Source: Alphaproteobacteria bacterium (lineage in GTDB: Bacteria; Pseudomonadota; Alphaproteobacteria; UBA828). From it: a stretch of DNA of 64,000 bases. Positions 29,229 through 39,354 of the stretch are shown here, piece by piece. Position 1 is the stretch's first letter; each line of letters starts with the position of its first letter. Location of the stretch: the NCBI GenBank assembly GCA_965214705.1, contig OZ243972.1:2688001-2752000 (forward strand). Direction: 5' to 3'. A program made the translations under genes and the position numbers. Under the pieces are notes generated by a model, which saw only the letters and a list, made by a program, of their open reading frames with translations, did not search any database and was not told where the DNA came from.

Positions 29229-31992
29229 TAGTGCCGACACGCGCTCCCCGGTCGCGGCCTCCAGGCGGTCGCACAGCGCCTTCGCGTCGTCCGTCACCAG
29301 CTCCGTCCGGTGCCTCGCACGGCTGATCTCCACGTAGAAGCTCTTCTGTGTGGTCAGGTGGGGGTGATTGGCCTCCATCACCGCGATCACGTTGTCCACC
29401 GTGCGACCCTGGAACGCATGCACCGTCGATGCCCAGGCATGATCGAGATGGCGCAGCTGCGGGTCGTGGCGACCCAGCTCCAGCTTGCAGCCGTCCTCAA
29501 GCAGGAACGAGACCCGGTCGCCCCGCACCGCCGTCACCTCGGCCGCGTGGCTGTTCACCAGCCCGAGCGTGGCATCGTTGCGGGTCCAGCGGATGCGGTC
29601 GCCCGCCCGAAGTTCTATCGGCTCGCTCCGGTATACCTCCACCGCGCCGCGGCTCGCTCCTACCTGGCGCGGGCGCCAGGGCACAGCCTCGCCGTCCGCG
29701 CCTTCCAGCATGACAATGCCGCGCGCACCGTCGACCTCGCGCACCCGGCGCTCCTCGCCTTTCTCCACGCCGAGGCTCTTGTAGGCCCGGTGGAAGGCCA
29801 CCACGTCGCCCTGCGCGTAGTTGGCGGCCTGCATCTTTTCGGCCGCGGTGCAGCCGCGCGACACCAGCCGCTCGCCCTCCAGGGCCGAGCCGTGGATGAC
29901 GCCGTCACGGGCGAGGCGCTCGCGGATGTGCCCGTTGACCGTCTGGCGCAGCTCATGGCTCGGCGCCATCAGTCCGGTGTTCTCCCGCTCCTCAAGCGAG
30001 AGCTTCAACCATCGAGCGGCCGCAGCACCGGCGAGATTGTCGGGCTTCACCTCCGCGACACGGTCGCCTAGCCTGTCGAACGCGGCACGGACGTCGCCCG
30101 CCAGGCTGGCCCGCACCGCCTCCTTCAGCGCCGGGTCCTTCTGCCGCAGGATATCGTCCATCACCACGGTCTTCATGCCCGCTTGCTGAAGCTGCGCGAA
30201 GGGCTTGCCCGCATCCACGGCGTCGAGCTGCTTCTCGTCGCCCACCAGCACCACCCTCGGGATCCTGAGCCTGTCGGCGATCCGCAGCAGGTCACGGGCC
30301 TGGACGGTGGATGCCAGAGAGCCCTCGTCCACCACCAGCACCGTCTTGCGGAAGGCGGCCCGCATCTCGCGCTCGCCCCTGGCCGTCAGCCGCCCCTCGG
30401 CCACGCCTGCGTTGCGCGCCAGGAACCGCTGCAGGGTCTCGCTCCGGATGCCGGCCTCTGCTGCCAGCGTCGCCGTCGCAGACGCCGAGGGCGCCAGGCC
30501 GATCATCCGGTAGCCGCTCTTCTCCGCGAGCGAACGCGCGCGGTCCAGCATCGCGGTCTTGCCGGTGCCGGCATAACCCTGCACGCCCACCACCCGGTCC
30601 TTCGAGGAGAGGATCGCGGTGACCGCGTCTTTCTGACCCTCGGTCAGGCGGCCATTGTGCAGCAGCGGCTTCGCCATCCAGCGCCGCATCACGGGCTTCG
30701 ACCTGCCTTGCCCGCGCTGCATGAGCGCGACGGTCTCGGTCTCGTCGATGAGGGCCTTCTCGGTGGTGAGCGCGTCGCCCAGCACGGGCGTCCTCGCGGC
30801 ATGCAGAGTGCCCGCTTGCTCCAACCGCTGCACCGCTCCCTCGGCCTCGCCGATGGTGACCTTGCCGGGGCTCCAGGCAAGCGTGGCGGTGAGCAGGTCG
30901 GTGCGGGCGAACACGGCCTCGCGTTCCGAGAGGTGTGCCACCGCCCAGGCGGCGGCGCGGTCCGCATCGCTTGTCCTGCCGGGCTCCGCCTCACGGTTGT
31001 AGCCGGTAGAAGGTAGGGAGCGCGCCCGATGCGCCGCCTGCCGGTGCCGGGCCTCGTTCACGAGGTCCCGTGCGTCGAAGCCCAATTCCGAGGCCTGCCT
31101 CTGCCAGGTCTCCCGCAGCGCCTCCTTGTCTACGTCGCGCTTGTGCGAGCGGGTCATCAGCGCCGCGCGCTCGGCGACCCGCTGGTTGCTTGCAGGATCG
31201 CCCAGACCCTGCGCCTCCATCGCCGCCTCACGCGCCGCATCTCCGCTCGGCGCGTGGAGAAGGCCTCGACGACCTTGCGCGAAACCCCCGCAATCTCGAA
31301 GCGCCCGTCGGCATGGGTCTTCTCGACCGCGTAGCCCAGATCCTTCAGCCCGCGCGCCAGCTCGGCCCGGTAAACTGCGCCGATCAGCATCTTGGACGCA
31401 TAGAGCTTCTCGTTCGCCATCGTGCGCCACTTGCCGGACCGGGGCGCTCCCCTTTCGCCGCCCTGCACCATGTTGGCGATCACCGCGTGCGTATGCAGCT
31501 GTGGGTCCAGGTTGCGGGACGTGTCGTGCCGGAACGTGGCTGCCACGATCGACTGATCGCCGGCGCGCACCATGCGCCCGAGCTCGGGGTCCATCATCCT
31601 GGTCTCGGCCGCGTTGGCCTCGATCCAGGCCAGTGCCTTGCGCACGGCAGCGTCATGGGCACCGACGATGCGCTCGTCGCCGCCGACCAGCGCGGCAAGG
31701 GAGACGGACTTGGGGGCCGAGAAGGCGAGGTCCCTGCCGGGACGGTGGTCGATCTCGCCCTCCCTGTTCCTGCGGCCCAGGCGTAAGCCTGAGCCGTCGG
31801 GGACTTCGCCGGCGAGGACGTCGATGAAGATGTCCGGGTCGACGGAACCCTCCAGGCCCAGCGCCTCCGCTCCCTTGCCGAACCAGGCGCTGGCCTGCCG
31901 GTGCGCGGGATCGTCCTTCGCGTAGTATCCGTCGCGTTCGTAATAGGAGACGCCCTGGGAGGGCGAGGCAACTGCGCCGATCGAGACCACCA

Positions 31993-34212
31993 TCAGTAGA
32001 AGTCTTGACTGCCGCGGCGGCGGCGCCTCCCGCCGCCGTGTCCCCTGTCGGAGGGTAGAGGCCGTTCGCCTGGTTCCGGAGCCCTGTTGGCGAAGGCAGC
32101 GCCGTCACCGTCAGGATCGGCGCCGGCCGCCCCCCGAGGCGGCCGCTCCGGCCCAATCTGCGCATCGTCATCGGCGTCAGGCGGGGATTCGGCGACATGC
32201 GTCCCCTCTGCCGGTTCCGGCACGCCGGTTTCACCGCCCTCCCTGGCTTCACCGGGTGGGTCGGCAGCGGCGGGAGCAAGTGCGGGTGCTTCCGCGACGC
32301 CGTCCTGCGCCGCACCGGCGCCTCGTTCGGCCGCCCCCGCCGTCTCAGCTGGGCACTCCGCCATGGCAGCGTGAGGCGTGACGGGTTGCCGCGCGTCCGG
32401 CGCCGGCACAGCGCCATCGCCGGCAGCGTGTGTCACCCGAGCCTGCGGCCCGCCGGCAAAGCTCGGATCGTGGCTGTCGTCCGGCCTCGGCACGAAGCGC
32501 ACCGCGACGATGTCCCGCTTCCGGTACTTCAGCCTGATCCGTGCCACCGGCGAGGGGCCGGGGAACTTCAGATAGCCCGACAGGTTCTCAAGACGCGATA
32601 CCTCCGACGGTAGAACCAGGGGACGCTCCTCGCGCCGCGTGCTCAGCGTCACGCCGCCGTGCGCGGTCTCGTAGCTCACGCCCTCCGAGAGGGTCTCGAC
32701 CTCCACCTTGCCCAGGCTCCCCGCCGACCACTCCGACGTATCCTTGTCGGGTGACGCCAACACGACCCGGGTGCCGCACAGCCCCGAGATCGTCTGCGCA
32801 AGGTCGCGCCCGTACAGGTCGCGCAGGGCGGAGAACACCTGGACCCCAAGGACGAAGCAGCCCCCGAACTGCCGGCTCTCCGAAAGGCCGGGCTCGAGGC
32901 TCGGGAGCTGGTGCAGCGTCGGCAGCTCGTCCAGGATCACCCAGATGCGGCGTGAGTCGGAGCGCGACAGCGAGAGCAGCGAGTTGACCGCAATCTCCAG
33001 CCAGGTGGAGATCAGCCCCCGCAAGCTCGCGTGCTGATCGCCCCGCGACGTGAGAAACAGACAGCCGCCGCTTCCCTCGCGTTCGATCCACTTCCTGATG
33101 GAGAAGGGGTCGCCCTCGTCGGGCAGCACTTCCATGGCGCCGATGTTGGCGGTGAGCATGGCGCGGACCGAGAGCGCCGTCTTCGGGTTGGCAAGATCGA
33201 CGATGGACTGGGTCACGGTGCCCTCCATGGCCTCCGCGAGTTCGCTCAGATCGGTCTTGAGCAGACGGTCCAATAGCACCCGGTTGCGTGTCTCTCCCCT
33301 TCGCCAGAGCACGGCCGCGCCGTGAGAGAAGAGCTGGCGTGCGGCGGTGATCCAGAAGGGATCGGCGGCGTCCTTCTGGCGGGGGATCAGCGCTGCCGCC
33401 ATCGTATCGAAGTCCAGCGCGGTGCGGGCCTCGAGGAAGGGCGACCAGCGCGGCGCGCGGTCGTCGAGGGGGTTGAGCAGGACGTCCCGGCGTGGATCGA
33501 AGAAGGTCTCGGTATAGCTCCCCATCTTGTCGTAGATCACGCAACGCTCGCCCCGGCTGCGGATCTGCTCGACCAGATCCGAGATGAGCACCGTCTTGCC
33601 GGAGCCCGTGGTGCCGGAGACGATCGTGTGGTGCCTCTCGGCACCCTTCGGCCAGGGGATGCCGGCGATCAGGTAGGGCTGGGCCTCCGCGGGTCGGTTC
33701 CGCAGCAGCAGCCGACGCCGCCATGGCAGGGTGCGGCGCCTCAGCTCCTTCGCGCTTGCCAGCTCGCCGCCCCGCAGGCGCTTGCCGCGCCCCAGCCTTC
33801 GCCCCAACAAGTGCAGCCCGAAGAGGACGGCGGCGGCGAGGCCCGCACAGGCGCCGCCGCCCAGCAGAGCGGCATCGACGGCATCCCCCAGCATGCGATC
33901 CCGATAGTCGAGGATCACGGGGTGTCTGGTGATGGTGTCGAGGGTCATGACCAGGACGGTTCCATCCAGGTCGCGGATCTTCTTGGTCTTGTCGGGCTTG
34001 AAATCGGCAACCAGCATGAACTCGCTCAGCGCGTAGACGCCGAAGACGTGCCAGTCGTAGTTGGTGTAGTCGCTGGTGGTCTTCCAGATCGCGGCGCCCA
34101 GGCCTGTGAGGATGACGCCGATGCCGATCCACCAGCCGAACCTGAACCACGTGCGAAAGCCCCGGGTGGCAACCCGGAGTCCGCGCCCGGTGTCGCCGCC
34201 CACCCCGGTCAT
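31993..34212 (-). CDS. Type IV coupling protein (TrwB/TraD-like)
   Basis: Two N-terminal TM segments, GTTGSGKT, IYDKMG, LNPLDDR, ILDE, RQFGG. Confidence 0.93.
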   Translation of the reverse strand: MTGVGGDTGRGLRVATRGFRTWFRFGWWIGIGVILTGLGAAIWKTTSDYTNYDWHVFGVYALSEFMLVADFKPDKTKKIRDLDGTVLVMTLDTITRHPVILDYRDRMLGDAVDAALLGGGACAGLAAAVLFGLHLLGRRLGRGKRLRGGELASAKELRRRTLPWRRRLLLRNRPAEAQPYLIAGIPWPKGAERHHTIVSGTTGSGKTVLISDLVEQIRSRGERCVIYDKMGSYTETFFDPRRDVLLNPLDDRAPRWSPFLEARTALDFDTMAAALIPRQKDAADPFWITAARQLFSHGAAVLWRRGETRNRVLLDRLLKTDLSELAEAMEGTVTQSIVDLANPKTALSVRAMLTANIGAMEVLPDEGDPFSIRKWIEREGSGGCLFLTSRGDQHASLRGLISTWLEIAVNSLLSLSRSDSRRIWVILDELPTLHQLPSLEPGLSESRQFGGCFVLGVQVFSALRDLYGRDLAQTISGLCGTRVVLASPDKDTSEWSAGSLGKVEVETLSEGVSYETAHGGVTLSTRREERPLVLPSEVSRLENLSGYLKFPGPSPVARIRLKYRKRDIVAVRFVPRPDDSHDPSFAGGPQARVTHAAGDGAVPAPDARQPVTPHAAMAECPAETAGAAERGAGAAQDGVAEAPALAPAAADPPGEAREGGETGVPEPAEGTHVAESPPDADDDAQIGPERPPRGAAGADPDGDGAAFANRAPEPGERPLPSDRGHGGGRRRRRGSQDFY

Positions 34213-34880
34213 TGCGAAGCCTCCACGGCGGCAGATGCCGGAGCGCCGGTTGTATCGCTCCCGGCGTGGGTATCTCCACCAGTAGAAGAGCCGGCCAGCT
34301 CCCTGAACCGCGCGAGCCAGCGCTCCGCCGCCGCCTCGGGCGCCATGGGCCGGATGGTGCGGCGTAGCGGAGGAAAGGGCGTCCTGGCGCCGTCCACACC
34401 GAGATCGCGTCTTTCCGCAGCGTCGGTCATTCTGGCGACGAAGCGCAGCACCTCGCTCCAGTCTTCCGGCGGCTTCGGGTCGAGGCCTACGGCCTCGCGC
34501 ACCGCCCTGTCGACAGCGGCGCCGTGCGCCTTTGCGCGTGCCGCCGCCTTGGCCGATGCGGGGACATCCCCCTTTTCGTCGCCGAGCCAGGCGACACGCG
34601 CGGGAACGAGAAGTGCGTGGAGCGCCAGGCAGCGCCGGTCCTCGCCGGCGATGCCGTCCAGCGCCTCGATTTCCTCGGACATGGTGAGCGCGTGCCGGGC
34701 GAGCGAGAGGAAGCGCCGCGTCCGTCCGCCCCAGCGGCAGGTGTTGGCCAGCACATGGGCGATCGCCTCGATATCCACGTCGATGTTCTCGCCCAGCGCC
34801 GGATCGCGGGGCCAGCGAGGCGGCGGCGACTGGTTCGATCGCGAGCGCCGGCGGCGGCGCTTGACGGGGGAGTCTGTCAT
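34209..34880 (-). CDS. HD-fold phosphohydrolase-like protein, degenerate active site
   Basis: IAHVLANTCRWGG...SLARH...ALHALL...AWLGD resembles the phage/MGE HD family. Confidence 0.65.
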   Translation of the reverse strand: MTDSPVKRRRRRSRSNQSPPPRWPRDPALGENIDVDIEAIAHVLANTCRWGGRTRRFLSLARHALTMSEEIEALDGIAGEDRRCLALHALLVPARVAWLGDEKGDVPASAKAAARAKAHGAAVDRAVREAVGLDPKPPEDWSEVLRFVARMTDAAERRDLGVDGARTPFPPLRRTIRPMAPEAAAERWLARFRELAGSSTGGDTHAGSDTTGAPASAAVEASQ

Positions 34881-35092
34881 CGCTTCGATCCTCGTGAAGT
34901 TCCTTGGGTTGTGCGGTTGCTCATCGGGGGCCGACACAGGATCGGCCCCCGATGTCGTTTCGGCGGGAATGACTGAATTCGGGAAAGCCGGCACGGAGGC
35001 GCGAACCGCCGTGCCGGCAACCCGTCAGCCGCCCGTTGCCGATCCGGCCGATGCCGTCTGCGACCGGGCCCGCGAGAACGGCCCCGGCACCG

Positions 35093-35410
35093 TCATCGCC
35101 GCCCCCGGTCCGACGCCTGGCCGGCCTCGCACCGGAACTCCGCCCACAAACCCTTGAAGACCTTGAATGTCAGCGCCCCCAATGCGAGCAGCAGCGACAC
35201 GCAAAGCGTGAGCATCAGCACGACGACAAGGGTTTCGATCTCGCAGGTGCTCCAGGAGGAAAACTCCGCCGCGGTTCCCGACAGGGTCCCTTCATGTTCC
35301 AACGGCAGAGGCGGGGACGTCTCCGCATATGCCGGGGCGGCCTGCGGGATGACCGGCGCAGGCTCCCCGGTCTGCCTGCCCAGCGGCAGAGTTGCGCCGG
35401 CCGTCATCAC
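35093..35410 (-). CDS. Small membrane hypothetical protein
   Basis: One TM helix; GTGA overlap with the upstream HTH gene. Confidence 0.45.
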   Translation of the reverse strand: MMTAGATLPLGRQTGEPAPVIPQAAPAYAETSPPLPLEHEGTLSGTAAEFSSWSTCEIETLVVVLMLTLCVSLLLALGALTFKVFKGLWAEFRCEAGQASDRGRR

Positions 35411-35694
35411 CGTACCCTCCCGGGGCCGTCGGCGCCCTCATCCTCGTCGTCCTCGTCATTCTCCTCGTCCCCGTCTTTCGGGATCGGACCCTGCAGCCCG
35501 TCGTCGGAGGTCGAATGCCTGCGCCGCTTGGACGCCCACTTGAGGACATCGGACAGCAGATAGCGCACGACGCCTTCGAGGTCATAGTAAGGCGGACCCC
35601 CGCCGCGGGAGCGGTAGCTCTCCAGCGTGCGGTGGCTCAGGCCCAGGTATTCCGCCACCCTCTTGGTGGATATGAACTGAGTTTTCTCGTCCAT
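35407..35694 (-). CDS. AlpA/excisionase-like HTH protein
   Basis: STKRVAEYLGLSHRTLESYRSRGGGPPY...VRY. Confidence 0.85.
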   Translation of the reverse strand: MDEKTQFISTKRVAEYLGLSHRTLESYRSRGGGPPYYDLEGVVRYLLSDVLKWASKRRRHSTSDDGLQGPIPKDGDEENDEDDEDEGADGPGRVR

Positions 35695-36188
35695 TTCTTT
35701 CTCCCATGTGTCCTGCCGCATCGACCGCAACAGGCGTGACGCCGTCCCCGACCGAGGCCCGCACCTGGCTCTACCGCGCTCGCGGTGTTGGCCATCAAGG
35801 CATCCACCTTGTCGTGGGTGCCGGGCGTCGGGGACCGTCCCCGTCCCAGCCTGAGCACGAAGCCGGGACCGCTCATTGCCCTCTCGCCGAACCTTTGCGG
35901 CTCGATGCCGGTCTCCTCGAGGAGGGCATCGACCTCCCGCAGGAAGCGGGTGCCGATGGGCTCCAGGTTCGTGGAAACCGGCACCGTGTCGGCAGTGCCG
36001 AGGCGCACGTCCGAACCCCGGCCGAGGCGGCCAGGGAAGGACGCGTCGCCGGGCGCAGCGCTGCCGAGGCCGCAATGCGAGAGATGATCGAGAGCGATGT
36101 GCATCTCGATGCTGTGCGCCTCGGTGCCGTCAATCGACGCCTGACGGCTGCTTCGGGTAACGCGGTCGATGTGGAGTGATGTGCCCAT
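35637..36188 (-). CDS. Cro-like HTH protein, possibly decayed
   Basis: FLREVDALLEETGI...FG...PGFVLRL.RGRSP; degenerate second copy N-terminally (ASFPGRLGRGSDVRLGTAD). Confidence 0.5.
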   Translation of the reverse strand: MGTSLHIDRVTRSSRQASIDGTEAHSIEMHIALDHLSHCGLGSAAPGDASFPGRLGRGSDVRLGTADTVPVSTNLEPIGTRFLREVDALLEETGIEPQRFGERAMSGPGFVLRLGRGRSPTPGTHDKVDALMANTASAVEPGAGLGRGRRHACCGRCGRTHGRKKWTRKLSSYPPRGWRNTWA

Positions 36189-36538
36189 GGAGAGAACATA
36201 TGGGCAACATTTCTATCTATGCAATTGTATGGAATCTTAAGGATTGAGCGGGCTCGCGAGAGCCTGGTCAATCTGGTTTGAACGAAGGCGCGGGCCACGG
36301 GTGCGGGCATCGCGGTATGTGTAAAGTGCGCCGATGTCGTGCTCAGGCTGGAGCGATCAGCTACTGAGGATGGCGGGCTTGCGGCGTCCCGGTCGATATG
36401 GCGGCCGGTTCGATCCTCTCACATTGGGCGCCCTGGCGGGCTATGAGCCAGAGGCGCCTGGCGCCCGCCGGCGAGGACGAGTTGGCCGGTGGGCCGGGAC
36501 GGGGCCCGCGCTGCCCTGGTTCGAAGCGAGCGGCTGGC

Positions 36539-37786
36539 TCATGGTGCTGCACCGCAAGGTGGCGGCGCCTGCGGCGGGCCGCGGGCGGAGAGGGGCTCCT
36601 TGCGGCGGGGGATTTCGCGGACGAGCCGCAGAACACCGCCGCAGTGTGGGCACGCCACGGGCGCGGCGGCGGTCTCGGGCTCGCGGTCCTGCTCATGGTC
36701 CCCTTCAAGCCCGTCTGCCGTTTCGCCCGGGACGGCGCAGCCGACGGTGCCCAGCGCCTCGCGCGCGCAATCCAGCGTCGTGGCGCGGCAGCCGTTGGCG
36801 AGGATGCCGAAGTAGCGGATGCGGTGCATCCCCTCGGGCAGGACGTGGAGCAGGAAGCGTCGGATGAACTCGTCGGCCGAGACGGTCATGGTGCCGTAGC
36901 GGGGCTTCTTCTGCCCCGGCTCGGCCGGCTTGCGGTGGCGGAAGGTGACGTTCTCGCCGTCGAAGGCTGTGATGCGCCTGTCCGAGATGGCGATCCTGTG
37001 GGTGTAGCGGGCGAGGTACCGGAACACCTGCTTGGGCCCCCTGAAGGGGCGCTTGGCGTAGACCACCCAGTCCCTGCTGCGGGCGGCGGCGAGGGTGGCG
37101 TGGAACTCGCCGGGATTGGCGAGATGGGCGACGGTGCCGTGGAACTCCAGCTCGCCGCTGCCATGGGCGCGCGAAAGGTCTTCGAGAAAGCGGCGGCGGA
37201 AGAAGCTGGCGAGGACCTTGACGGGGGCGAGCCAGACGCCGCTCCCCGTCTTCCACTCGCCGCTGTCTACGTCGAAGCCCGCGTTCGGCACCACCACGTG
37301 CAGATGAGGATGGAAGCGGAGCTTCTGATCCCAGGTGTGGAGCACGGCGGTGCCGCCGATCCGCAGGCCACCGTGCCTGGGATCGGCGGCGATGGTGCGC
37401 AGGGTCTCGGCCACCGTCCTGAACAGGATGTCGAAGACGACCCTCCGGTTGCCGAAGGCGATCTGGACGATCTCCCTCGGCAGGGTGAAGACGACATGGA
37501 AGTAGGGCACCGGCAGGATGTCCGCGGCCCGCGCCTCGCTCCATCGGTTTGCGGCGAGGCCCTGGCAGGTCGGGCAGTGCCGGTTGCGGCACGAGTTGAA
37601 CAGCGGATGCTCGCGCCCACAGCCGTCGCAGGCGTACATGTGCCCACCCAGCACGGCGGTGCGGCACGCCTCGATGTCGGCCATGACCTTGAGCCGGCCG
37701 GCGTCGATGCGCCCTTCCCGGCGCTCACGGAAGGCGCCGGCGGCGCAGCGGAAGATCTCCGCCACGCCGGCGCGCTCGCGCGCCAC
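36539..37786 (-). CDS. IS91-family Y2 (HUH) transposase
   Basis: SCRNRHCPTC, HVVFTLP, LHTW...HPHLH, YLARY, RIRYFG. Confidence 0.93.
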   Translation of the reverse strand: MARERAGVAEIFRCAAGAFRERREGRIDAGRLKVMADIEACRTAVLGGHMYACDGCGREHPLFNSCRNRHCPTCQGLAANRWSEARAADILPVPYFHVVFTLPREIVQIAFGNRRVVFDILFRTVAETLRTIAADPRHGGLRIGGTAVLHTWDQKLRFHPHLHVVVPNAGFDVDSGEWKTGSGVWLAPVKVLASFFRRRFLEDLSRAHGSGELEFHGTVAHLANPGEFHATLAAARSRDWVVYAKRPFRGPKQVFRYLARYTHRIAISDRRITAFDGENVTFRHRKPAEPGQKKPRYGTMTVSADEFIRRFLLHVLPEGMHRIRYFGILANGCRATTLDCAREALGTVGCAVPGETADGLEGDHEQDREPETAAAPVACPHCGGVLRLVREIPRRKEPLSARGPPQAPPPCGAAP

Positions 37787-37792
37787 GGCGGT

Positions 37793-38674
37793 TTAGCTGC
37801 GCAGGACCGGGAAGCCCGAGAGGGGGTGGTCGAGGGCCTCGAACATCTTGCCGGTGGCGCGCGCGTAGCCGCGGGTCGTGTCGGCGCTTCGATGCCCGAG
37901 CGCGTCGCGGATCACCTCGATGTTGCCGCCGCGCTCAAGCAGATGGGTCGCGGCCGAATGACGCAGGCTGTGGAAGCTGTGGCAGGGGGCGATGCCAACC
38001 CGCTCGCGGGCCTTCTTGAAGGCACGGTGCAGGGCCGCCGCCGAGATGTGCTCGTCGAGCGAAGCGCCGTAAAATAGCCAGCTTGCCGGCTGCGGCCAGA
38101 TGTTCTTGAAGTAGCTGCGCAGGTAATGGATGACCCCGTCGGGCAGCGGGGCCATCCTCTCTGTACCGCCCTTGCCGGACGGGATGTGCAGGCACTTCCT
38201 GTCCGCCTTGATGTCGCCGATCTTGACGGTGACGGTCTCGGAGACCCGCAGGCCGGCGCCGTAAGCGGTGACGAAGGCGGCACGGTGTTGGAGGTCGGGC
38301 GTCGCCAGGATCAGGCGCTCGACCTCCTGCTCCGTCATGGATCGCGGCAACTGGGAGGGCAGCTTTCGATTGCGCACCCCGGCCACGCGCTCGGGACATC
38401 CCAGCGTGTCGACGTACAGGAACCTGAGGGCGGAGAGCGTGCTGTTCGTTGTGGCGGGGCTGAGACCCCTGTCGATCAGTGTGAGAACGAAGTCGCGCAC
38501 CTGCTCTGCGTCGAGGTCGGCCGGCGAAGCCCCATAGTGCTTGGCCATGCGCTCGACCTCGAAGAGGTAGGCAGTTTGTGTGCTCGCGGCCAGATTGGCG
38601 ATGCGCATCTGGTCGATCATCCGCTGACGAAGCGGGCTACCCTTCGCCCCGCAAGTCGCCTTCTCAGTCATCAT
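37793..38674 (-). CDS. Tyrosine recombinase paired with IS91 transposase
   Basis: LRQRMIDQM, YGAGLRVSE, GKGG, HSLRHS, LGH, TRGY. Confidence 0.92.
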   Translation of the reverse strand: MMTEKATCGAKGSPLRQRMIDQMRIANLAASTQTAYLFEVERMAKHYGASPADLDAEQVRDFVLTLIDRGLSPATTNSTLSALRFLYVDTLGCPERVAGVRNRKLPSQLPRSMTEQEVERLILATPDLQHRAAFVTAYGAGLRVSETVTVKIGDIKADRKCLHIPSGKGGTERMAPLPDGVIHYLRSYFKNIWPQPASWLFYGASLDEHISAAALHRAFKKARERVGIAPCHSFHSLRHSAATHLLERGGNIEVIRDALGHRSADTTRGYARATGKMFEALDHPLSGFPVLRS

Positions 38675-39354
38675 CGATCTCCCTCGATCATGACGGCGAG
38701 CCGCCGGACCGTTCCGACGGCGGACCGTCTCGGAGATCGATGCTAGCTACTGGTGATCGAAAGGCGGCCAGCGGCTCCCACACAAAATGGGTGGTCGCAA
38801 CTCGACACAGGCCGCAGGGTGCGCGCCCGTCAAGAGAACCTGCGGCATCGGGAAAGTGAACGAAGCCTAAGCCGCCAACTCCGCGTAGCGGCTTCGTTCA
38901 ATCGGAGATTGGATGTAGCATTAGGCATAAAGCGACGACATAAGGTGTCAGGAGTACTCAGGAGTACCATCCGGTACGACGATCAACTTTTTGTGATCCC
39001 AGCACGGCCCTTTTGGGCGCAAGACTTCGCCGCCATCGGCTGCAACCGCTACAGGGTCGGCGGTTAGGCGGAATTCCGAAGGCGGACGCCTGCCGCTGCA
39101 GACATCGCGATGCACGTTGAACTCCTCAACGGCGAACCCGAACAACCGCGCCACGAAGCACGGCGCTCGCGGGGGCAGGTTGTCCATCGCGACCCTGTCG
39201 CCAGCTCAAGGGGCGACGGCACCGGCAGATGCTCGGCACGGGTAAGGCGGCGTCATGCACGGCGCCGTTATTCGCCAGGCATCTCTCTCGTCACGCGCGC
39301 CGATCCAGCCATGAGATATCGAGAACGGTGAAGAACGAAGTCAGCCGGCACAAA

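Larger units (their letters stand above)
26624..31993 (-). pseudogene. MOBF (TrwC/TraI-like) relaxase-helicase, frameshifted at ~31235 and interrupted by IS1634
   Basis: SYYERDGYY, DLAFSAPKSVS, HDTSRNLDPQLHTH, GYAGTGKT, VVDE, FQGRT, YVEISR. Confidence 0.92.
36278..38901 (-). mobile_element. IS91-type element with partner tyrosine recombinase (ends approximate)
   Basis: Recombinase + Y2 transposase operon; TTGAACGAAG / CTTCGTTCAA inverted motifs with hairpins at both ends. Confidence 0.7.

Noticed and set aside
31993-32480. Low-complexity C-terminal tail of the T4CP as a separate domain
   Set aside because: Disordered acidic tails are common in coupling proteins
38948-38967. TCAGGAGTAC tandem duplication and nearby short ORFs
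   Set aside because: Only two units, no coding or structural support
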